Shown: positions 35,101 to 41,705 of the stretch, piece after piece
How the letters are laid out: every line of letters starts with the position of its first letter
Numbering within the stretch: the stretch's first letter is position 1
Notes under the pieces: generated by a model
Database searches by the model: none
What the model was told of the DNA's origin: nothing
What the model saw: only the letters and a program-made list of their open reading frames with translations
Position numbers and translations under genes: made by a program
Virus record (IMG/VR): IMGVR_UViG_3300042445_001170
Span: 32,001-96,000 of that record
Strand: one strand, 5' to 3'
Length of the DNA: 64,000 bases
Origin: a virus

Positions 35101-35392
35101 TATTTTTCGCTAGCAAAATAATATGGTTATAGGCCTGAATAGATTTGTCTGTTTTAGATGATCTGTCAAACCTATCGGTTGGAGAAATGTACGCCTCAAC
35201 ACCAAGAATTGGCTTAATGCCAGTTTCCTTTGCGGCAATCTGCATATCTCTGTGTGAAGAGAGAGTACCATGGTCTGTAATTGCAATCGCAGTTTGCCCA
35301 GCATCTAACGCTGCTTGGCATAATTCTTTAGGTGAATTTAGTCCATCCATTAATGAATAGTAGGAGTGAACATGTAGGTGTGTAAAGCTCAT
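32123..35392 (-). CDS. dnaE: DNA polymerase III alpha subunit (family C)
   Basis: PHP HLHVHS..SL.DG, GRGSAAGSLV, FPDIDTDF, GYSFNRSHA. Confidence 0.96.
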   Translation of the reverse strand: MSFTHLHVHSYYSLMDGLNSPKELCQAALDAGQTAIAITDHGTLSSHRDMQIAAKETGIKPILGVEAYISPTDRFDRSSKTDKSIQAYNHIILLAKNKKGLENINALQELAWNEGFYHKPRIDREILNDYKEGIIVLSGCLNGLISKAIEKGNDDEAKILLKSFKQMFGDDFYVEVQSHNPMEINSALLRLADELKIKAVATGDAHFAKEEDRILEEALLILSTSPKADKDMDFDMSRNMKDMLDRFNYLYPDRRISFQDMNLFIQSRSEIEADFNKAGINRTDIYENTMEIADKVGEYDFYQGLDLLPVPKTDADERLRELAEKGLERLQKASDPIYIDRLNEELGIIAKKNFASYFLVVGDMINWAKENNIMVGPGRGSAAGSLVCYTLGITDVDPIKYDLLFFRFINEERNDFPDIDTDFEDRRRKEVKDYLKKKFKHVASISTYTYFKDKGVVRDASRVFMVPLQEVNRALKSVDTFEDFIDSPNTKEFRMRYPEVVWLADRLRGRIRSVGVHAAGVVVAKDDLRKFAPVESREDSQDKVSGRIPVVAYDMDTVADIGLIKLDALGLKTLSVISDTIRSIKDRHGKTINLSEMTLDDANVYKMLNDGYTKGVFQAEATPYTNLLIKMGIDKFEDLAASNALVRPGAMNTVGAAYINRKNGNEAVDYMHTIMKPFTENTYGVIIYQEQVMQACVHLGGMTWAEADKVRKIIGKKKDAKEFDQFKDKFIAGASEHITKKKAEALWHDFEAHAGYSFNRSHAVAYSMLSYYTAWLKFYYPLEFMFSILKNENDKDARTEYLIESKRLGLKVLLPHINESQVYFSLQENAIRFGLAEVKFISDSIANKIIERRPFSDYADFIDKASKKGSGINSRAIAALNSIGGAAFTDNKRQGNEKDNYYEYLGIPTFNLEGIPPRIKAQARPIEEFDDLGSFVMFGMVKSIKRGNGWARVELVDETGSIGLFHTEQTQIETGQMYFILVGDNRIARYIKVSDINPDSSDLFVDYLYRKKYDLEEDEYIVVNFTPYTTKAGKQMSHIVLSDKDKNLTRAIAFPAMYKMTLAKMREGMKCRVTLAKLDDGTLNIKEVL

Positions 35393-35598
35393 TAGTATCC
35401 GCCTGTGCATTCATTTCTAGTATGATATAACCTAATTTTAGTTAATATCTTTTTTGTTGGTGCATATAAATCTTCTTCACAGCATCCACATTTCATATGC
35501 CATTCTCTAGCAAAGAAATCGTATACTGCACCTACATAATTTTTATACTTATTTGAAACAAATGTCTCAAATGGATCTGGTATCTCGTAGGTAATCAT
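35392..35598 (-). CDS. hypothetical protein
   Basis: Leaderless TTGACT-17-TAGAAT-6-ATG. Confidence 0.75.
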   Translation of the reverse strand: MITYEIPDPFETFVSNKYKNYVGAVYDFFAREWHMKCGCCEEDLYAPTKKILTKIRLYHTRNECTGGY

Positions 35599-35620
35599 GT
35601 TGTCATTCTACTAAATAACA

Positions 35621-35646
35621 CAGGGGCAGTCAATAGACTGCCCCTG
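35621..35646 (-). terminator. terminator hairpin after ssb, overlapping -35 of next promoter
   Basis: CAGGGGCAGTC-TATT-GACTGCCCCTG. Confidence 0.75.
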
Positions 35647-35658
35647 CTATTTAATTAT

Positions 35659-36330
35659 TTACCAGTCTAAGTTGCTGCTTGTGGCTGAAGGCTCATCTGC
35701 ATGAGTACTTTCTCCAGCAAAGAAAGCTTCTTGTTCCGTGTAAGGCATGTCACGAACTGCTGCAGTTTCAAGTTCAAACAGTTCTAACGCTGAGGCGTCG
35801 AATGGCGCTTCATCTTTTGCTAGTGGAATGATTGTATAGCTTGTATCTGTTTTTGTTCCAGAGCGCTTAACACGCCACATCAGATTAGTGATGCTTCCCA
35901 TTTCGCCAGCATATTCAATAAGTGTTGGTGTAATTGTCTTGCCGCTTGACCCCTGAGAAAGAATGGCCACATATGGATCTTCCTTGCCATCGTCAACAAG
36001 AACATTAATGTAAAGTCGTGAACGACCCTTCCATCCCGCCTTGTAATCCTTACGATGTTGCTCGCATCCGTAGCACTTGCCTTGATCTTCCATTGTGCAA
36101 AGACCCTTACGGCGATAATCTTTTGGATTTGTATGCTCTACAGCAATAAATCCAAGTCCAGCCTTTTCGCTGTATGTCGGTGAGTCTGGATCCAGTTCCT
36201 GCAAGAAACGAATCTTTACGCTCTCTGTATCCTCTAGCTTTACCCAGCGACCCTTTGTACCTTCGCCACCAGTTGACTGTGGCTTGTCCATAACTTTATT
36301 AAGATCTTTTAGACCTTTTACTATTCCCAT
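35659..36330 (-). CDS. gp32-like single-stranded DNA-binding protein
   Basis: IRFL, H..C....C..C zinc site, R.G...DT.Y, acidic tail ending LDW. Confidence 0.75.
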   Translation of the reverse strand: MGIVKGLKDLNKVMDKPQSTGGEGTKGRWVKLEDTESVKIRFLQELDPDSPTYSEKAGLGFIAVEHTNPKDYRRKGLCTMEDQGKCYGCEQHRKDYKAGWKGRSRLYINVLVDDGKEDPYVAILSQGSSGKTITPTLIEYAGEMGSITNLMWRVKRSGTKTDTSYTIIPLAKDEAPFDASALELFELETAAVRDMPYTEQEAFFAGESTHADEPSATSSNLDW

Positions 36331-36336
36331 ATATTT

Positions 36337-36366
36337 CTCCTTTATAGTTGATGGTATAAATCCATC
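36337..36366 (-). promoter_or_regulatory. H-type pseudoknot abutting the ssb SD
   Basis: GAUGG-A-UUUAUA-CCAUC-AAC-UAUAAA-GGAG. Confidence 0.65.
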
Positions 36367-36372
36367 TGTTTA

Positions 36373-37377
36373 TTATTTTTGATGGGTCCAAGATTGATAT
36401 TCAATATTGGAAACTGCGTTTTTAATACAGGCTTTAATTTCCTCTTCGGTCATGTCGCCAGCATCTTTTGCATCATGTGGATATATCTTACCATATTCGT
36501 ACGAAGCCCACAAGAGGTCTTTATTCTTTAGTCTAGAGGCTATGCTGTTAGCAAGCTCACGCCCAGCGTGGTCAGCGTCTGTCATTAAAGTGACTTTATT
36601 AAAATATCTATTTATTAGTGCTAGGTTTTCTGTAGATATATGTCCTCCAAGTGTTGCAATAACATTGGGGAATCCAGCCTGATGCACACGGATTGCATCA
36701 AAGCTAGACTCTACAATAATAACATTATCTCCTATTTTTTTAGCACGGTGAATGTTAAACATAGTTTTGCTTCTGGGAAGGTTGGTGCTATTCTTAAATT
36801 TCTTTTCCGATATTGATCTGCCAACAATTCCTACTGGTAGTCCATCTGGACTATGCACTGGAACCGTAACCATGTCCTGCTTAGGTGAATATCCTAGAGA
36901 AAAGTGTGCTATTGCAGACATATCGATTCCTCTAGATTTAAAATAGTTTTGTGCTTCTTGACTTGCAACTAGGTCATTATGTAAATTCTTTAGTATCTCT
37001 TCTGGAAACTCTACGAACTCTGGCTTATCTTCTAGCATATCGTTTAAAAGGTCGTCAAAGTTTTCTAGGGTCTCCGCTTCTTTTGAGTAAACATATCTCA
37101 TAGCTTCAAAGTCATTCTTATGTAAAACTCTTTTAACTAATTCTATTAGCGATCCAGTTTCGCCACATGATGGATTAAAGCATAGCCATGCCCCAGTTGT
37201 TTTACTTATGCTACAACTTGCGCTGTGTCTGTTGGAATGAAATGGGCAGTAGAAAGAGATCTCTATATCTGTTTCACCAGCTACCTGTAAGCCAAGGCTT
37301 TTTACTATTGCCTTTATATGTTGCTTAGAGTATTGCGTGGTATCAGCTTTCCTTGCGTAATTGCTTCGTGCCGCCAT
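36373..37377 (-). CDS. dnaG: DNA primase (start ATG 37377)
   Basis: CPFH...C....C zinc finger, TOPRIM VES.FD, DAD.AG. Confidence 0.92.
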   Translation of the reverse strand: MAARSNYARKADTTQYSKQHIKAIVKSLGLQVAGETDIEISFYCPFHSNRHSASCSISKTTGAWLCFNPSCGETGSLIELVKRVLHKNDFEAMRYVYSKEAETLENFDDLLNDMLEDKPEFVEFPEEILKNLHNDLVASQEAQNYFKSRGIDMSAIAHFSLGYSPKQDMVTVPVHSPDGLPVGIVGRSISEKKFKNSTNLPRSKTMFNIHRAKKIGDNVIIVESSFDAIRVHQAGFPNVIATLGGHISTENLALINRYFNKVTLMTDADHAGRELANSIASRLKNKDLLWASYEYGKIYPHDAKDAGDMTEEEIKACIKNAVSNIEYQSWTHQK

Positions 37378-37604
37378 GCCATCTTCTTTCCTACGTAAGT
37401 CCCATAGAGTGTCATTAGGAACATCCATGTTGTACCGTCAAATTCTACCGAAAAGTTAGTATCTATGTCAAGTACCCTAAGATAACCTTTGTCTCTCATC
37501 TGGTGAGTAAGCATACTTTCATATTGATGCTTAATGCGAACCATATCAGAGTCGTCTAAAAATTCAACTCTAACCTGAAATCTTTTTATCGGTTTGTGAT
37601 TCAT
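37314..37604 (-). CDS. hypothetical protein (start ATG 37604)
   Basis: Between dnaB and dnaG. Confidence 0.7.
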   Translation of the reverse strand: MNHKPIKRFQVRVEFLDDSDMVRIKHQYESMLTHQMRDKGYLRVLDIDTNFSVEFDGTTWMFLMTLYGTYVGKKMAWRHEAITQGKLIPRNTLSNI

Positions 37605-38832
37605 TATTCTGGAATGGATTCTCATAAATCTCTTTTACGATACCTCTGTTGATATCCCAATCTAAGTATAAACCAAATTCGTGTCCATGTCGATTCTTAC
37701 GTGAAACAATCTCAATCATATTAGTTCCTGGGTATCTGTGCACAGCCATAGCCATATCTGCATCGTACTCGATAGCCTTTGACCATGCCACCTGCGACAT
37801 CATTGGTGGGTTATCTTGGTCGGATACATCATCTGCGGTTGCTGCAGTGATATCAATAATAGGAATGTTGTTAGAGACCGCTAGCATTTTAAATTCACGA
37901 GAAACGTTTCTATTTCTTTCTACTTCAGAGTTGCTGCGCTTGTTATCATTAAACAACTGATGGTAGTCAAGGATAACTAGGTCTGGCTTATGCTGGTCAA
38001 TCTTACCCTGAATAGTTGCTGGTGTGACTTCTGTATTGCCCTCATTTGAAATAAGGATAAAGCTATTCTTGTCAGCAAACTTCTTTGTAGACCATGAACG
38101 GAAGTCGTCAATATTAATATCTCCCTTTGAAAAGTCAGAAGCCTTAAATAGTCCAGAGCCAAGCATTGTATAAATACGATCACGCATATTCTCTGGTGAC
38201 ATTTCAAGAGAAACAATCATTGGCTTAAACCCTTGCTCCCATGCCTTACATGCAAGGTAGGAAGTAAACCATGTCTTACCACGCCCTGGCCAGCCGATAG
38301 CAACGATAAGGTGTCCTGGAGCCATACCTGTTGGGTATGCCAAGTCTATGGCCTCAAAACCCGTCTTGATGCCTGGAGAACCGCCCATCTCGGCAGAGCG
38401 TACTCTCAACAACTCCATATGTCTAATTGCTGCTTCGGCATCTGTAATGTCTAGATCTCGAACATTGTTAGTAAATCTACTTAGGCCTGCTAGTTGTGAC
38501 TGCATGTTTTCAAGAACTCTAGATGCAGCATCTTCTTTAAGTGATGATCCTGCACGAAGAATAATAGTCTTAAGTTTATTTGAAATAAATTCATTCTTAA
38601 GTGTATCAAGGTAGTAACCAGTTTGACCCTTGACATCAACTGGCTCGAAGTCCTTAAACTTCTCCTGCAAGATTCCAGCCTCTGGCACAGCTTTAAATTT
38701 ATAGTAATAGGATTTTAGCCCATCCCAAATATCTTTATGTGATGTAAATAGGTCGTCTACGTTGTCTGCAAGTAGTGTGCTTATGTCCTTATTCTTACAT
38801 ACTGCTGAGATTAGTTCCGCTTCTGTATTCAC
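37570..38832 (-). CDS. dnaB: DnaB-like replicative helicase
   Basis: GWPGRGKT, SLEMS, LDY, KNRHG. Confidence 0.93.
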   Translation of the reverse strand: MNTEAELISAVCKNKDISTLLADNVDDLFTSHKDIWDGLKSYYYKFKAVPEAGILQEKFKDFEPVDVKGQTGYYLDTLKNEFISNKLKTIILRAGSSLKEDAASRVLENMQSQLAGLSRFTNNVRDLDITDAEAAIRHMELLRVRSAEMGGSPGIKTGFEAIDLAYPTGMAPGHLIVAIGWPGRGKTWFTSYLACKAWEQGFKPMIVSLEMSPENMRDRIYTMLGSGLFKASDFSKGDINIDDFRSWSTKKFADKNSFILISNEGNTEVTPATIQGKIDQHKPDLVILDYHQLFNDNKRSNSEVERNRNVSREFKMLAVSNNIPIIDITAATADDVSDQDNPPMMSQVAWSKAIEYDADMAMAVHRYPGTNMIEIVSRKNRHGHEFGLYLDWDINRGIVKEIYENPFQNNESQTDKKISG

Positions 38833-39152
38833 TCTACTCCGCCTTGCTCTACCATCTTCTTCGTTTCTTCTAGTAACAAACGACGCTTCTCTTTATCTTT
38901 TTCAATCTCAGTCCTTACTGTATCCATTTTATCAAAGTTATATAGGAAGAACTGTATCGTGTGGCCGTGTTTTGTTAAATGGAAATAGTATTCCAGCAAC
39001 TCTTTTGCACGGTTAAATCCTACACTATCAATGACGTCTTGCATAGCCCACTTCTCACGGAATTTATTAATCGATGCCTCTTTGCCATATTTCTCTTTAT
39101 ACAAATTTTGAAATAGGCTAAGAAGGATGTAGGGCTCTTTATTATTTGCCAC
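38829..39152 (-). CDS. hypothetical protein
   Basis: ORF track; coupled to dnaB. Confidence 0.7.
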   Translation of the reverse strand: MANNKEPYILLSLFQNLYKEKYGKEASINKFREKWAMQDVIDSVGFNRAKELLEYYFHLTKHGHTIQFFLYNFDKMDTVRTEIEKDKEKRRLLLEETKKMVEQGGVE

Positions 39153-39345
39153 GCTTTAGCTCTTCCTCGACCTCTTCTGTTTTTTGAATTAGCTTATTCT
39201 CAACAAAAGCATATACTCGTTCCGTGGCAGCATCTACTGTTTCGCCTTGCCTTACGTCATCTTCAATGCCCACGCCAATTTTAATACTCTCATAGTTACC
39301 AAGGTTTCTAGTAAATGAAAGATCTACCTTTACTCTCGTTGTCAT
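39142..39345 (-). CDS. hypothetical protein
   Basis: T.NLGNYES motif. Confidence 0.75.
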   Translation of the reverse strand: MTTRVKVDLSFTRNLGNYESIKIGVGIEDDVRQGETVDAATERVYAFVENKLIQKTEEVEEELKRGK

Positions 39346-39455
39346 TTATGTTCCGCCTTCTTGTGTCTACTCAATGTATCGCTGGCAAAAATGCCCCAAC
39401 GAACTTCTATGTCCCGCTTACAGATATCGCAAGTAACAACCCTACTTTTTTCCAT
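39342..39455 (-). CDS. 37-aa C2H2 zinc-finger microprotein
   Basis: CDIC...RHKKAEH; ATGA overlap. Confidence 0.65.
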   Translation of the reverse strand: MEKSRVVTCDICKRDIEVRWGIFASDTLSRHKKAEHK

Positions 39456-39572
39456 CTTCCACTCTTTTCACAGTCACGGGGCCGTTCTTAGAATTCCAAT
39501 TCTCAACTTCTTTTTCTCTTTTTCTTTTCTTTGCAGCGCCAGTTTCAAGTTTATATATTGCAATATAGCTCA

Positions 39573-40058
39573 TTACTCCGCCTTCCATACTGGTACAAAC
39601 TTTCCATCTTCTGTCTTAGTATACAATACTAAGTTGTTTTTGAGAAGGGCCTGGACCTCTGCTTTTGAAGGAATTTCTTTTGAGTGTCCTGAATCTAATA
39701 TATGTTGGTGTATATCCAATATGTTCTTTTGATTAAACATATACTGAGACCAATTTTCGCTATCTGGTTGTCCTATTGGATATATCTTTTGAGGGGTGGC
39801 AACCTTTTCATTTAATATATATTCTTGTATAGTTACCCTATGCTTGTTAAGCATAGAGGCAACTTCTACAACAGTATAGGCTGTTTCCATATTCTTTTTA
39901 ACTTGAGAATATGAATACATGACTCTCTTCTTGTCTGGGTAACACCAAGCAATCATTTCATCCTTTGATCTGGATGCCTTTAAAACTTTATGTATCTTAT
40001 CGTTTAAGAAGAAATACCGTAAGCTTTTTGATTTGCCGTCTCTTTTGATTCCAGCCAT
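39573..40058 (-). CDS. HTH DNA-binding protein
   Basis: YT..EVA..LN.H..TI. Confidence 0.7.
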   Translation of the reverse strand: MAGIKRDGKSKSLRYFFLNDKIHKVLKASRSKDEMIAWCYPDKKRVMYSYSQVKKNMETAYTVVEVASMLNKHRVTIQEYILNEKVATPQKIYPIGQPDSENWSQYMFNQKNILDIHQHILDSGHSKEIPSKAEVQALLKNNLVLYTKTEDGKFVPVWKAE

Positions 40059-40189
40059 TTTCCGAAAGCACTCGTTTCTTTATTGCACATCCAGCGTTTG
40101 CCGCACATGATACAGAATAATTCCATATGTAGTTTTTGAGAGAAAACTCTATCTACAAAAACTCGTCCATTACATTTTCCGCACCACAT
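40004..40189 (-). CDS. zinc-ribbon protein
   Basis: CGKC.G...CIMCG. Confidence 0.75.
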   Translation of the reverse strand: MWCGKCNGRVFVDRVFSQKLHMELFCIMCGKRWMCNKETSAFGKWLESKETANQKAYGISS

Positions 40190-40989
40190 TATAGTGTAAA
40201 CAACTTCCCGTCAACAACACATGAATAGTCAGGAGCCACATGGATCATCTGAATATGCGGGTAGTCGTTAACAATGTGAGCAATTGCAAATCCCTTTTGC
40301 CAGTCATGGTGTTGCATATATTTCATTCCTGGGCCCTTCTCATCACACATATGCCCAAGCTCGTAGCCACGAAGTGTTTCTCCCTCACCATTATTTCTTA
40401 GTTCATAAGTAACTAGGTGTGAGGCAATTCTATGAGAGTGTCCTCTAATCAATGAAATCTGAAGGTCTTCCATGTCTTTACGAACAGATCCAGTTGCTGC
40501 AATAGAGAGTCCATGGTGTACGTGAATATCTCCAAAGCGACGCTTTGGCAATTCGTTATAGTGAATATATTCATATCCTAGTGAGTCAAGTCCCCATAAA
40601 GCTTCTGGTGTTACTTCATTTATGTAGTCTGGAAGTTTTGCATCGACATAATTGAAGATTCTTACATCATGATTACCAAGCGCTGAAAATAATTGAGCCT
40701 CTGGTAGCATGTCTCTTGTCTTTGCATAAAAATCTCTTGCGCCTTTTGCTTCGTGACGCATCATTGGAACAATAAGATCCCTGCTATCTGTTTTATGAAG
40801 GTTTAAAAACTCTGCTGATCGACCTTCTGTGTACTTGCTGTAGCAAGCCTGATCGTCTGTGTCACCAAGGTAGTCAACGACATCTGGCTTAAACCACTTC
40901 ATTACCTTAAACCAAAGTGCAATCATTTTATCATCCTGATATGGGAACTGCTGGTCGGATGAAATCATCCACTTTAAATCGTTACTCAT
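40189..40989 (-). CDS. calcineurin-like metallophosphoesterase
   Basis: SD.Q, LGD..D, GNHD, HHG, GHSHR. Confidence 0.88.
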   Translation of the reverse strand: MSNDLKWMISSDQQFPYQDDKMIALWFKVMKWFKPDVVDYLGDTDDQACYSKYTEGRSAEFLNLHKTDSRDLIVPMMRHEAKGARDFYAKTRDMLPEAQLFSALGNHDVRIFNYVDAKLPDYINEVTPEALWGLDSLGYEYIHYNELPKRRFGDIHVHHGLSIAATGSVRKDMEDLQISLIRGHSHRIASHLVTYELRNNGEGETLRGYELGHMCDEKGPGMKYMQHHDWQKGFAIAHIVNDYPHIQMIHVAPDYSCVVDGKLFTL

Positions 40990-41006
40990 TGTCTACCTTA
41001 ATATGT

Positions 41007-41071
41007 AAAAAAGTCACGGGTACGTGACTTTGATGTTACAGTAATTGTAACATATTGATATGGCTTGTCAA
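41007..41071 (-). promoter_or_regulatory. promoter, palindromic operator and terminator hairpin at the structural/replication junction
   Basis: TTGACA-16-TACAAT; ATGTTACA-N5-TGTAACAT; AAAGTCACG-TACC-CGTGACTTTTTT. Confidence 0.7.
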
Positions 41072-41079
41072 TAGGCTAT

Positions 41080-41526
41080 TTAAGCCTGTGTGTTGTTATC
41101 TACGTTTCCTACTGCTATCCATCTTATAACCAGTCCGTCGGTTCCTGTTGCAATCGACGATGGGATCAGCAAGCACTTAAAACCAAGCTTTGTTGATTCT
41201 GTCAAACATACTGTATGCAAAGCCTTTACGCCAGCATTAGGATTTTCAATTTGTAGCGATACTGAAGGAATGTCGGTGAATGTAACATTACCGTATTCGA
41301 CTGTATATGGGACAGCTTTCTTTGGCTCTGCCTTTGCTGGAAATGAGCTATGTATTGTAGTATTTGCAGACCTCAGACTAGGAGCTCCAGTTGTATTTGT
41401 AATATTAATTACAGTAATTTTTTCACCAAGAGCAACCTTAGCAATATTTGAATTCATTCTTTGGATGACTTCAGCAGATACTGGGTCTCCATCATTTATT
41501 ACTACTGGGTCTATGTTGATAGCCAT
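41080..41526 (-). CDS. minor tail / fibre-associated protein
   Basis: F...P.V......F.......WIAVG C-terminal fold. Confidence 0.65.
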   Translation of the reverse strand: MAINIDPVVINDGDPVSAEVIQRMNSNIAKVALGEKITVINITNTTGAPSLRSANTTIHSSFPAKAEPKKAVPYTVEYGNVTFTDIPSVSLQIENPNAGVKALHTVCLTESTKLGFKCLLIPSSIATGTDGLVIRWIAVGNVDNNTQA

Positions 41527-41528
41527 TA

Positions 41529-41672
41529 TTACTCCTTAGCGTCTTCCGCATTCTTTGTATCTGTTAGCGTAGTCATTTCTGCACGTAGTATAGCGATATG
41601 TGTCTCATATTGTGAGACAATTTCTCCAATGCGCTGTTGTAGTGCTTGAACTACAAGTTCTAATTTTTCCAT
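41529..41672 (-). CDS. 47-aa coiled-coil microprotein
   Basis: MEKLELVVQALQQRIGEIVSQYE... Confidence 0.65.
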   Translation of the reverse strand: MEKLELVVQALQQRIGEIVSQYETHIAILRAEMTTLTDTKNAEDAKE

Positions 41673-41705
41673 TATTTTTCCATTCTATTCATATAAAGAA
41701 TACCA

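Noticed and set aside
21934-38832. Inteins or introns in terL, recA, dnaE, dnaB
   Set aside because: Lengths are normal and no splicing motifs or homing endonuclease seen
39443-39573. Possible frameshifted ORF across an A-rich run (MSYIAIYKLETG... versus ...EVENWNSKNGPV)
   Set aside because: Cannot distinguish programmed shift, TTG start or assembly indel without homologues
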